This document shows positions 29,501 to 38,104 of a stretch of DNA of 64,000 bases, piece after piece. The stretch is taken from positions 96,470 through 160,469 of the forward strand of contig CAYYLC010000002.1 in NCBI GenBank assembly GCA_964472415.1, in the 5' to 3' direction. Under the pieces are notes generated by a model. It made no database searches and was not told the origin of the DNA. It saw only the letters and a program-made list of their open reading frames with translations. A program made the position numbers and the translations under genes. This stretch comes from an uncultured Gammaproteobacteria bacterium (lineage in GTDB: Bacteria; Patescibacteriota; Microgenomatia; Levybacterales; GWA1-39-11). How positions within the stretch are numbered: the first letter of the stretch is position 1; every line of letters starts with the position of its first letter.

Positions 29501-30347
29501 GTTCAGAATATTCATCTCTATCTGGAATATCTCCTAATAACAGCGAAAGCATCAACTCCCCAGCTTTTCCACTCATTACCTGTCTTAAAGATTCCGCATC
29601 GATTTTTTCTGTTGAAGTGAGAAACGCATCGAATCGCTTTGGTTCATTTACGATTTTTTCAATCATCTGTATCTGACTCTCAAATCGCTTTGCACTTTCC
29701 GTAGTGCTTGAAAGATTTTCGCCCCGCATTGCTCTACCAAATTCCTGTTCAGTAAGTTTTCGACCAAATGCGTGCTCAAAAACAACCCGTGACGCCTGTG
29801 CCTCCTCAGCTGATAATCCTCTCTTTTTTCGCAGTGCCACAATCGCAGAAACGTCCTGCAATAATTCTTTGTCTTCAGATCTTGCCTCACCGAGCCGCTC
29901 TTCGACGACAACCTCATTTAAATACGCTGAAAAATTTCTGGCCCAGTTATCCGAAACCATCCCAAACTGCACACCTTTAGTAAGATCACCCTGGACACCT
30001 TCTAGAAATTTGTCGTCAATCTTATTTTGCCTCCCCGCAATTTGGACTTTCTTTGCTAATTCTTCTAAATAGGAGTTGTCTTTGAATCTATTTATGTCAA
30101 ATCTTGCAAACCCTCCTGCGGGCGCATCATTACCCATAAATCCAGGCTCTCTTTCGTCCCCTTTTTGCCGTTGAGATTCAACGCGTGATCTTGTTTCTCC
30201 CGCTTTATCCTGATGCTTTCCCCTCCTCTGTACAATTTCGGCGATTCTCGCTTCAGGATTTTTACTAACTGATCGTTCTGATTCTGCTTCCATAATGCTC
30301 CTACTTACAGGATATGTCAGCTCGGATGTATGTGTCAATCGCTCCAT
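26517..30347 (-). CDS. Giant hypothetical protein (1276 aa)
   Basis: Uninterrupted 3.8-kb ORF, highly charged, no TM or recognisable catalytic motif. Confidence 0.6.
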   Translation of the reverse strand: MERLTHTSELTYPVSRSIMEAESERSVSKNPEARIAEIVQRRGKHQDKAGETRSRVESQRQKGDEREPGFMGNDAPAGGFARFDINRFKDNSYLEELAKKVQIAGRQNKIDDKFLEGVQGDLTKGVQFGMVSDNWARNFSAYLNEVVVEERLGEARSEDKELLQDVSAIVALRKKRGLSAEEAQASRVVFEHAFGRKLTEQEFGRAMRGENLSSTTESAKRFESQIQMIEKIVNEPKRFDAFLTSTEKIDAESLRQVMSGKAGELMLSLLLGDIPDRDEYSERLRKITSGEALNVKKGLSALVRDIERKEKEDAPKIPDPDRVKAAKRAWEKVVEEIKKKRNLTEDEIEAIRSLAERGSPPIEGGADGDPNMEKKRYEEFLEGIQNIPEDDEDAFKRFKAAYVKDDYVRYLANLAYGQNPLDIQEELTRWEGLNDDDNVYSYKQNVSEFMSRLFNRATEQMERQLSVEEKDAAKRLARGEKINRRGMNFSFDEDIDFADESIFGREPGNIRELALWIIATDDAKIWSPNGPYPLFTRSEDETEEVEKINPETGRREKMEVKKVIFQEENFLKWVRNKMLELHYDNPNDPMSPLDKVAIQTLFRPVNLVEMKYNKQRYFSDPNTGQVLEHLYNEVINEAWLFGVRRNNDLAYKQVMTSDSNLFDRLVEINSRNDHTSGSTLANMLRMADEYSRDTDGKADNRVGDSLLIMNQIYRNLSDEKNLRNILPPDALLYTAKGFRDAVRAIKGMDFDEELTEYGNYRFEGEKIYHIDPQTKIRTVIFDENGKLTSDKALIKYLNFFPSANPEETSEVLVREIVKQTAAKIVGFHTGSDKAQYEKFKKRHGQDLSVEEYRKLSRINLEWAEINSWSEQRWSGVAARNDTNYRGYDAWTKMYMQYYRERQSGSRTSGPIGNPEDMQIFRMLSPDMWLAIRTESGESVQEVFDNIHKVNIQLYSLPKDENLTDEQKALKERLVQQKDALYDVLRFPRFTQSDWAANGIKRQSEVWHDVLDTEDIKFNEIIKRNDWGVLKFDRAKFEEIVKDTFIKKRRYAFSSNNAINYGALTRMRVRTAVEFNKDGTVKDGSEKYEYKDMYLAEAMFGDVVIGSIRRDWYAGKLKYKAADEDGNEKEKRAWTGDGEYNPKEKHGTFAGYLNSQDARTRILKNVCRAGLAAQLKAHRNRASVDDRWDAHTIRKFYQALRSMPQYIEDPATGKEIEIPNSQFFSEEDIEWIRKHSNTTRWHLFREDALHSMGDIAVEVLPAAFMIFIDDVFDDLFD

Positions 30348-30438
30348 AATGCCACCACTATACCGCGTTGTCCTGCGTTATGCCTGACAGCAATGTAACA
30401 CTTGCTTTACAGCAACTTTTCAGTGGTAATATATATAC

Positions 30439-31758
30439 ATGTCGCTTACTCCATTAAAATATTTTGAGTCGTTGTATCCTGAAAACACTCGAGAAAAAGA
30501 AATCCGAGAATATCTCGATTTTTTAAAAAAAGGGCTCTCAGTACAGGTTATCGGACTTCCCGGAATAGGAAAAAATAATTTACTTCGCCTGCTTGCATAC
30601 AATATCGATGCCAGGCGATATCACCTAAAAGAATATGAAAAATTTATGCATTTTGTGTACATCGACTCTGCTGAGGCGAAAAACAGGCCACAGATAGACC
30701 TTATTAAATTGATTCTTTCATCAATCGCATTTTCTCTAGGCGAGAGGAGTATGCTTGATGAATCACTAAAAATAAACACCCTCCTCCAAGAAGGTGTCAG
30801 CCTGAATGACGAATTTCTTATATTCCAGTATCTAAAAAAAGCGATAGATTACCTTACAATAGAAAAAAAGCTTTCCGTAGTTCTACTATTTGATAGATTT
30901 GATACGATCGCACCAAATCTTACTGAGGATTTCTTCTCAAACCTAAAAACGCTTCGCAATAACTCAAAATATCGATTTGGCGTTGTGTTTTCTCTCAAAA
31001 GACCGCTTGAAGAAACTGTTGATCCGCGCCTCATTTCAGATTTTTCCGATATCATTGCAAAGAACGAAATTTATGCATCGCTCTCTGACCCCATTGCGCT
31101 CAAATTCCGCACAGAATATATAGAAAAAGCTGCCAGAAATGCGCTCTCAAAAGATCTCCGCGAGAAAATCATTACGCTCACCGGCGGTCATGCAAAACTC
31201 ACCAAGCTCGCCTTTGAAAAAATCGTTTCTGAAAATAAACCCATAGATGATCTAAAGAAATACCTATTCAACCAACCTACTATAATAAGTGCACTTAATG
31301 AGCTCTGGGAGAGCTTGCTACCGAGCGAAAAATCTGCACTAAAAACCAGCTCAGCTCCCGATGACTCATATCTCGTAAAATCAGGCTTAGTTAAAAAAGG
31401 AAAAATTGTAATCCCACTCTTCTCAGAATTTATCGAAGGAAAAGATATCGAGACAAGCGAAAAAATAACATATGACAGCATAAAAAATGAAATAATAAAA
31501 GGAGACACTTCTATTTCGCATCTACTCTCTTCTTCTGAATTTAAACTCTTGAAATTTTTTATTGAGCACAACGAAAAAATTCTTACCAAAGATGAAATTA
31601 TCTCTATTATCTGGTCTGATCAAAGAACGCAAGAAGGAGTTACTGACCAAGCGCTTGACCAAGTCCTCTATAGGCTTCGGAAAAAAATTGAAAGAAACCC
31701 TAGTAATCCTCAATTTATCCATACTATAAAAGGCACGGGATATAAATTTACGAGTTAA
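30439..31758 (+). CDS. P-loop ATPase fused to C-terminal OmpR/PhoB-type winged-helix DNA-binding domain
   Basis: Walker A VIGLPGIGKNNLLRLL and Walker B-like VVLLFDRFD. C-terminus LTKDEIISIIW...ALDQVLYRLRKKIE...IHTIKGTGYKF matches trans_reg_C. Confidence 0.6.
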   Translation: MSLTPLKYFESLYPENTREKEIREYLDFLKKGLSVQVIGLPGIGKNNLLRLLAYNIDARRYHLKEYEKFMHFVYIDSAEAKNRPQIDLIKLILSSIAFSLGERSMLDESLKINTLLQEGVSLNDEFLIFQYLKKAIDYLTIEKKLSVVLLFDRFDTIAPNLTEDFFSNLKTLRNNSKYRFGVVFSLKRPLEETVDPRLISDFSDIIAKNEIYASLSDPIALKFRTEYIEKAARNALSKDLREKIITLTGGHAKLTKLAFEKIVSENKPIDDLKKYLFNQPTIISALNELWESLLPSEKSALKTSSAPDDSYLVKSGLVKKGKIVIPLFSEFIEGKDIETSEKITYDSIKNEIIKGDTSISHLLSSSEFKLLKFFIEHNEKILTKDEIISIIWSDQRTQEGVTDQALDQVLYRLRKKIERNPSNPQFIHTIKGTGYKFTS

Positions 31759-31798
31759 TTTCTTGACTTTATAGCAACTCCCCTCATATCATAAATAT

Positions 31799-33268
31799 AT
31801 GAAACGATTCCTCGCACTACTGGGTGGATTTTTATTTTCCTTTACACTCTGTGTCGCATTTCTTCCTCCTCAAAGCTCCGAAGCGCAACAAGAACCAATC
31901 TCCCCAGAGACGTCAGAAAATACTGAGACATCAGAAGACACACCTACCACAAACTGTGGTGGTGAAAACTGGACTATTGACCCCTGCCCACTAGAAATTG
32001 ACGGAAATACAGAGAAAGTTACGATCAAATTTTTTGGTCTTGATGAAGACGTAGACTGGCGCACCTGCTCTATCCGAAAAGGGTGCGATTTGGCACGAGA
32101 CAAAGCAAAAGAAATAGGGGCATTTGAAAATGGAGTTTTGACCATTGTAGTCTGTGGCGCAAACGAAGGAAAACTAAAAGAAGTAGGGGATGAGGGATGT
32201 GGCGATGATGACTACTTTCACGAAGGACGCGTGTATCAGATGGCGCTCTTTGAAGATGAAGAGCAAGAGATAAAAGGACCCATTGCTTCATTTTTTGTAA
32301 ATCACTATTACCCCAAAATAGCCGTTAACAACGGCGCAAGTAGCAATGGCATCCTAGAAGGAGCAAATAGTTTTCTCGAGGTAAAAGTGTTTGGAGACTT
32401 ACGCCGAGGCGGCGGCAATCGCAATAACTATCAAATAGTCGTTGAAGGAAAGGATAACTATGGAAACACCTACAAGCAAGATGAATGCATAGAGGTTAAA
32501 AGTACAGAGGGCAATTCAGCATTTTTTTCCAGGAATCAAGATAAGGAGGGCGAAACTGGAAGATCCCTCAATAAAGGAAAATACGTTATAAAAGTAAATG
32601 AACAGGTCAATGAAGGCACACTCGGCAAGCTCAAGACACTGGCAGACAAGTGTAACGGTGGCTTCACCTACTGGCATATCAACATCGAAATTGATGAAGT
32701 CGGAAATATCATCGGCACCCCCCCCTTCTGCTCCCCAAGCGAAACCACTGGTATATCAATTGATAATGATGTATGCATTCAAGATCCAAATATAAGCGAC
32801 GTTGGAAAATATAAAGATTTTATCGATTCGCTCTTTGAAGGCAGTGAAGTTCCGCTTCCGTGCGCTGACACTCCAGAGAATGTAGCAGGCAAGGGATTTT
32901 GTGGCATGGTAGATACCGCAATCGGCACCATCCCCACAAATTTCCAGGGCTTTGTAAATAGACTCTTTACGATCGTTCTTTCTGTCGCAGGCGTATCAGC
33001 ACTTGGCCTCATCATCTATGGCGGGTATACTTATATGACCTCTCGAGGCGACACTGAAAAAATCAAACATGGGCGAGAAATCATCACAGCTGCCATTATC
33101 GGACTCTTGTTTATCATATTTTCTTTTGTAATACTACAAGTAATAACCGGAGAGATTTTACGAATTCCAGGATTTAACAATCCAGAATATAGCCCAGAGA
33201 CTGGAGTGGATAGGGTTGATGATGGAACGGTGCCAGGAAGCGAACTGCCACCAGAACTATTTCAATAA
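31799..33268 (+). CDS. VirB2/TrbC-like pilin-domain protein with ~400-aa N-terminal extracellular extension
   Basis: Signal peptide, Cys-containing exodomain, then C-terminal two-TM module LIIYGGYTYMTSRGDTEKIKHGREIITAAIIGLLFIIF that shares the signature of the three downstream pilin-like ORFs. Confidence 0.5.
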   Translation: MKRFLALLGGFLFSFTLCVAFLPPQSSEAQQEPISPETSENTETSEDTPTTNCGGENWTIDPCPLEIDGNTEKVTIKFFGLDEDVDWRTCSIRKGCDLARDKAKEIGAFENGVLTIVVCGANEGKLKEVGDEGCGDDDYFHEGRVYQMALFEDEEQEIKGPIASFFVNHYYPKIAVNNGASSNGILEGANSFLEVKVFGDLRRGGGNRNNYQIVVEGKDNYGNTYKQDECIEVKSTEGNSAFFSRNQDKEGETGRSLNKGKYVIKVNEQVNEGTLGKLKTLADKCNGGFTYWHINIEIDEVGNIIGTPPFCSPSETTGISIDNDVCIQDPNISDVGKYKDFIDSLFEGSEVPLPCADTPENVAGKGFCGMVDTAIGTIPTNFQGFVNRLFTIVLSVAGVSALGLIIYGGYTYMTSRGDTEKIKHGREIITAAIIGLLFIIFSFVILQVITGEILRIPGFNNPEYSPETGVDRVDDGTVPGSELPPELFQ

Positions 33269-33270
33269 TT

Positions 33271-33603
33271 ATGCAAGAATATATAGCACAACTGAGAGTT
33301 CCGGGAGCCAACGGAACTCCAATCGAGATACGACCACCAGAAAATGTCCCTCAAGGAGGAGAAGGAATGTTAGAAAAGATTCTCTCACTCGGTATCCAGG
33401 TCTTTCTCATAGTGGTAATCATCGCAGCACTCTTCTATCTCGTATGGGCCGGCATCAGATGGGCGCAGTCAGGAGGAGATTCTTCAAAGCTTCAGGCAGC
33501 ACGGCAACAAATCGTATTTGCAATTATCGGAATCGTTGTTGCATTTCTTGGATTTGCCATCATAACATTCATGGGTGGAATTTTCGGCGTAAGCCTTCTA
33601 TAA
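33271..33603 (+). CDS. T4SS pilin-like protein (VirB2/TrbC-like family)
   Basis: TM1 - WAGIRWAQSGGDSSKLQAARQQIVFAIIGIVVAFLGF - TM2. Paralogous motif x-[ST]-[SQ]-GGD-x-x-K-x-x-x-A[RK]-x-x-I-x-x-A-I-[IV]-G. Confidence 0.55.
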   Translation: MQEYIAQLRVPGANGTPIEIRPPENVPQGGEGMLEKILSLGIQVFLIVVIIAALFYLVWAGIRWAQSGGDSSKLQAARQQIVFAIIGIVVAFLGFAIITFMGGIFGVSLL

Positions 33604-33612
33604 AACTCCTTA

Positions 33613-34131
33613 TTGACAAGAATTATGAAAGCTGTAACAATAGTTAAAAGCATTATGAAAAGACTAGTTGCCCTTCTCGCTGCACCGCTTACACTTATTG
33701 CCCCTCAACTTGTCTATGCGCAAGAAAGTGATCTGGATCTTTGTCCTGAAACTCAATTTAACATCCTTTGCAAAATCGAAACAGGAGATTTTGGTGGAAT
33801 CCTCGGAACCGCAATTGTAATTATGTTTATCGTTGCAATCATCATCGCGCTCCTCTGGCTTATATTAGGAGGCATTAAGTGGATCACTTCTGGAGGAGAC
33901 TCTAGTAAAGTAGAAGGCGCACGAAATCAGATCATCGCAGCAGTTATCGGGCTCGTCGTTGTGTTTCTTTCGTACTTTATCCTGAATTTCGTGTTAACAC
34001 TCTTTGGGATCCCTGGGGTAGGCGGCTTAAAAATCCCAACAATTAAGCCGATTGTTGAGGGAAGTAGCGCAGGAGGTTCAGTTAATGATGGCATTGATAC
34101 TATAAGAGATCGAGTTGAAAATCAACGGTAA
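33613..34131 (+). CDS. T4SS pilin-like protein (VirB2/TrbC-like family), paralog
   Basis: Signal peptide, then ILGGIKWITSGGDSSKVEGARNQIIAAVIGLVVVFL. Confidence 0.55.
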   Translation: MTRIMKAVTIVKSIMKRLVALLAAPLTLIAPQLVYAQESDLDLCPETQFNILCKIETGDFGGILGTAIVIMFIVAIIIALLWLILGGIKWITSGGDSSKVEGARNQIIAAVIGLVVVFLSYFILNFVLTLFGIPGVGGLKIPTIKPIVEGSSAGGSVNDGIDTIRDRVENQR

Positions 34132-34152
34132 TAAAACCATCTCCTCAAAATT

Positions 34153-34455
34153 ATGCCTTGGGACTCATGTATAGATCCATCCACCGGAATAGCGACTCTT
34201 CGCTGCATTCCAGTTGTTATAAAAAACCTCGTAAACTGGGCGCTCATTTTTGCGGGAGTTGTCGCACTCTTTCTCATCGTCTACGCAGGATTTAAATTCG
34301 TAACCAGTCAAGGAGACTCCACACAGGTAGACAGTGCAAAAAAAACGCTTACCTATGCAATCGTCGGACTACTTCTGATCCTACTCTCTTTCGCAATTCT
34401 AAACCTAATAGCAGGCCTTACTGGAGTGGATCAAATCACAAACCCTGCATTCTAA
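34153..34455 (+). CDS. T4SS pilin-like protein (VirB2/TrbC-like family), paralog
   Basis: YAGFKFVTSQGDSTQVDSAKKTLTYAIVGLLLILL. Confidence 0.55.
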   Translation: MPWDSCIDPSTGIATLRCIPVVIKNLVNWALIFAGVVALFLIVYAGFKFVTSQGDSTQVDSAKKTLTYAIVGLLLILLSFAILNLIAGLTGVDQITNPAF

Positions 34456-34498
34456 ACTCATTGACAAAATAACATCTTCTAGTATATTCTCTTATAGT

Positions 34499-34807
34499 AT
34501 GGATACGACAGCTCAAATCCCTGAACAGGAAAAAAATGCGCTTTATAAAAAAATCGCTGATATCATGCTCACAGAATTAAAGACTGGTTCACTCTCCTCT
34601 GAAGATGTAGAGGACATTTCCTTCTTTACGCTTGAAAACCTAGATAACGCCACAAATTCGAGCTATCTTGAGGCATTCACCGAAGAACTGGCCAAGCGTT
34701 GGCCCAGCTTTACCCCACTCGCACACCCTATTAAACAGCAGGAATCGATTCAAAAAGATCAAAAAAATATCGAGGCAATAACTAGCGAAATAAAAAACTT
34801 ATCATAA
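34499..34807 (+). CDS. Small acidic hypothetical protein
   Basis: 102-aa ORF, stop 1 nt before the next CDS (coupled). Confidence 0.4.
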   Translation: MDTTAQIPEQEKNALYKKIADIMLTELKTGSLSSEDVEDISFFTLENLDNATNSSYLEAFTEELAKRWPSFTPLAHPIKQQESIQKDQKNIEAITSEIKNLS

Positions 34808-34808
34808 C

Positions 34809-36851
34809 ATGCCGGACGCACCAGCAGAAATACAACCAACAGACATACTTCTTGACAGAGAACATGATGCAACACTCAGTATTCAGATGGGAGGCAACAA
34901 CGCACAAAGGGAAATGGAGGCTGCAAACGCTAGATCAACTCGAATTAATGAAATTGTCCAGAATAACCCCGACAACCTCCGCGCAGTATTTGTATCAGAA
35001 TCCAGTCCGCCGGATTATACGGAAGCGGATTTCGACGCTACCATTGGAAAGCTTAAATCCACCGAAGGAAACGCTAACACTGATTCCCGCATCAAAACAT
35101 TAGAAGAGGACATAGAACCACTCGCCGCCTATCTTGAGGCAGTACGGAAATCAAAACTTGAAGGAATTACCCTCGATAAGGCTCTAGGCTCTGATGCAGA
35201 AACTACAAAAAGCAAGGTGGCAGCAACGCTTATACACCGCGGGAGGCTCTTGGAAAAATTTCCAGAGATCGCTGAGGCATACCGCAATGAAGTTGATCGG
35301 CTCAAGTTTGTCGAGCAGCTTATCGCACGAGACCCTCGCTTTGTGAGTGAAATGGCACGAGAGCTTTCAGAAATCCGGGACGAAGCGAAGGAACTAGACG
35401 AAACTACATCTGATCCCAAAAGGCTTTCAGAGCAAAAAACTACGCTCGACGAACTTCAAACGTCTCTGGTAACACAAATTCAGAAAACACTCGAGGATCA
35501 CGGGCTCGATCAAGCCGGACAAGAAGAAATCAAGAATCTAATTGAAATGGGCATGGACCCTCAATCGATTATCGAAATGGCAAAAGTTAACTTAAAACTT
35601 GATCCGACCTTTGAAAGGTATAGCGATCTTAAGGAAGCTTATGACGTGCAGAGAATTGAAAAAGAAACCTATGAGAAGTTAATTGCGGATGAAAAGGCAA
35701 ATACTGACTCAAAGGGCAAGCCAAAAAGGCCTGATGAGATTAAAAGACTTCAGGATCTTCTAATACAGGCAAACGGTCGCATGGAAACAGTACGCAATCA
35801 CATGATGGCTGAGCAGAATGCCTATACATTAAGAACAGAAACTACCAAAGAGGACTTTGAAGGCAAATACCAAAAGCACTTAATAAAAGCCTCCCTCTTA
35901 AGAGAAAATGGCCCTCTTGCAAAACTTATAGAAGCTTCCACAAAAAATCAGTCCAAAATAACAGAACTGGGGTCTCAAATTGAACAAGCTAAATCTAACC
36001 CTGAGAAAGAAGACGCAGAAAAAAAGAAGGCGGAACTTATTAGGCGCCTAGAAGCATCTGTTGACAAAGCCATGGCACAATTTCTCACAAAAAAATACGA
36101 CGACTACCTCTCTCGTCAAAATATCATGGTAGATGCGGCCATAAAAGAGGCTGAGAAAGACAATGAACCCAACATGGCAAACATGACAAGACGACTGCAG
36201 GAAAGTATGGATATATGGAGTCATTTTGATACAGGGACGAGAAAGATAGTCCGCAACCGCACACAGCTTGGCACAGACATAAAAAACCTTGTCACATATG
36301 CCTCCGAAGGACCAGACGGCATACGACGTATGATCGCGGAAAAGGTTGAATTCAAAGAAGACAAAGGCGAACTAAACGATCATCTCGCTGGAGAGTTTGG
36401 CGGAGAGGGCGCCACATACGACTCGCTTTCAGCGTTTGACAAAGCGAAAGTAGATTCTCTAGCTGTTCAGAGGCGAAACGAGTTTGATAGACTCGTTACT
36501 GAACAAGGGGACGCATTTACAAAACGTTTGCTTGCAGAATATGCAGCAAACAGAGGTGTTATAGACAAGCTGACTGAAGTGGGATATCTCTCATTAAATA
36601 ATGACGAAATCAATATACTTAATTCTCAATTCGGACCTCTCATGGACCAAGAACTCTCCCGTACGGGCATTCTTGCAATGCTCAAAGAAAAAGGCATTAA
36701 CATGGGCCCTAAAACAAGACTAACCCTATTCCTCCTCATACTTCTCGGCGGAGCTGCGGCAATTAGCGCGATCGGGGTCGCACCGGCAGCTGTTATGGCT
36801 GGACAAGCAGCAAAAGAAGTAGGAACTGCAACCTGGAAAGGCTGGGCATAA
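34809..36851 (+). CDS. Coiled-coil protein with C-terminal membrane anchor
   Basis: 680 aa, highly charged heptad-rich sequence, single C-terminal TM LTLFLLILLGGAAAISAIGVAPAAV. Confidence 0.5.
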   Translation: MPDAPAEIQPTDILLDREHDATLSIQMGGNNAQREMEAANARSTRINEIVQNNPDNLRAVFVSESSPPDYTEADFDATIGKLKSTEGNANTDSRIKTLEEDIEPLAAYLEAVRKSKLEGITLDKALGSDAETTKSKVAATLIHRGRLLEKFPEIAEAYRNEVDRLKFVEQLIARDPRFVSEMARELSEIRDEAKELDETTSDPKRLSEQKTTLDELQTSLVTQIQKTLEDHGLDQAGQEEIKNLIEMGMDPQSIIEMAKVNLKLDPTFERYSDLKEAYDVQRIEKETYEKLIADEKANTDSKGKPKRPDEIKRLQDLLIQANGRMETVRNHMMAEQNAYTLRTETTKEDFEGKYQKHLIKASLLRENGPLAKLIEASTKNQSKITELGSQIEQAKSNPEKEDAEKKKAELIRRLEASVDKAMAQFLTKKYDDYLSRQNIMVDAAIKEAEKDNEPNMANMTRRLQESMDIWSHFDTGTRKIVRNRTQLGTDIKNLVTYASEGPDGIRRMIAEKVEFKEDKGELNDHLAGEFGGEGATYDSLSAFDKAKVDSLAVQRRNEFDRLVTEQGDAFTKRLLAEYAANRGVIDKLTEVGYLSLNNDEINILNSQFGPLMDQELSRTGILAMLKEKGINMGPKTRLTLFLLILLGGAAAISAIGVAPAAVMAGQAAKEVGTATWKGWA

Positions 36852-36979
36852 ATTATTCTCCTTGCCCCTTTTCACACTACCCTCAAATTATCACATAGTT
36901 TGCACTACTCTGATACGCTTGATTTGAAAATTTTCACGGGATAAGCTGTGTAGGTACGCCAAAGGCGTTATCATTTGTT

Positions 36980-38098
36980 ATGGAAAATCATCCAATACCG
37001 CAAGATGTTACAGGGTTCAAGTTCCGACTCATAGGGTCTGTCACCATCAAACAATTTCTCTATATTCTGGGTGCAGGAGCCTTTTGTGGCATAATATTTA
37101 TCTTGCCTATCTCCTTTTTAATCAAACTCCCACTCATCACTTTTATTGCAGGGATAGGAGCAGGTCTTGCATTTCTCCCTATTGAAGGGCGCCCTATGGA
37201 CGTTATGCTGATGAATTTTCTGAAAGCACTCCCTGCTGAGAATCGATATATTTTCCGCAAACAAGGAACGCAGACACTCTTGCACAAATACTTCACCCTC
37301 CAGGAGCCCAAGACTGTGGTAAAAAAGGAAGGACCTACTCAAAAGGATAATCGTCGCGAACTCCTTATAAATCGACTTGTACGTAAAAGCGCACCATATA
37401 GAGCTGACGACTCCGAACGCAAGCAAATTACCAACATTCAGGGAATTTTTGATAATGCTGACACGCCGGTTACTGGACTGCCCGGAGTAAATACAAGCCC
37501 TCTTGCCCAACGCGCGTATAGTACGGTCGTCAAACCACCAAGCTCTCCTGCGCAAAAGGACGCCACTAAGCCCATTGCAACAATCCAACCTGCCCAAAAA
37601 ACGCCGCCGCATCCTATTGTCCAACCAGAACCACCACACGCACCCATAGATACACTTCCTAAGCCAAATCATGTGCAGTCACCACAAAAAATACACACCC
37701 CCATTTCTTCAACGAGTGCAAAGACTGTTGCACCAGAAAATCAGATCGCAAGTGGCTTTCCCCACATCCCCGACACGCCGAATGTAGTGCTCGGTATTGT
37801 AAAAGATCCACGGGGAAAAGTGCTTCCCAATATCATTGTTGAGGTGGTTGACGAAAACAAGAATCCTGTTCGTGCATTTAAAACAAATGCACTCGGACAA
37901 TTCGCCTCAGCAACACCTCTTTCTGCAGGAAAATACTTTATGATGCTTGAAGACACACGACACATCCATGAATTTAGCCCGATTGAGATTCAGATGAAAA
38001 ATGAAATCTTCCAGCCACTTGAGATAATTTCTACTGACCAACGAGAAAAACTGCGACAAGAGCTCTTTGGCAGTGCGCACCCAGCAACCCAACAATAA
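36980..38098 (+). CDS. PrgI/VirB3-like membrane protein with Pro-rich linker and C-terminal beta-sandwich-like domain
   Basis: N-terminal ~100 aa (FKFRLIGSVTIKQFLYILGAGAFCGIIF...IAGIGAGLAFLPIEGRPMD) resembles the two-TM VirB3/PrgI module that precedes VirB4 in Gram-positive T4SS. Then a PxxP-rich region and a VVLGIVKDPRGKVLPNIIVEVVDENKNPV...GQF carboxypeptidase-regulatory-like motif. Confidence 0.45.
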   Translation: MENHPIPQDVTGFKFRLIGSVTIKQFLYILGAGAFCGIIFILPISFLIKLPLITFIAGIGAGLAFLPIEGRPMDVMLMNFLKALPAENRYIFRKQGTQTLLHKYFTLQEPKTVVKKEGPTQKDNRRELLINRLVRKSAPYRADDSERKQITNIQGIFDNADTPVTGLPGVNTSPLAQRAYSTVVKPPSSPAQKDATKPIATIQPAQKTPPHPIVQPEPPHAPIDTLPKPNHVQSPQKIHTPISSTSAKTVAPENQIASGFPHIPDTPNVVLGIVKDPRGKVLPNIIVEVVDENKNPVRAFKTNALGQFASATPLSAGKYFMMLEDTRHIHEFSPIEIQMKNEIFQPLEIISTDQREKLRQELFGSAHPATQQ

Positions 38099-38104
38099 CA
38101 ACCT

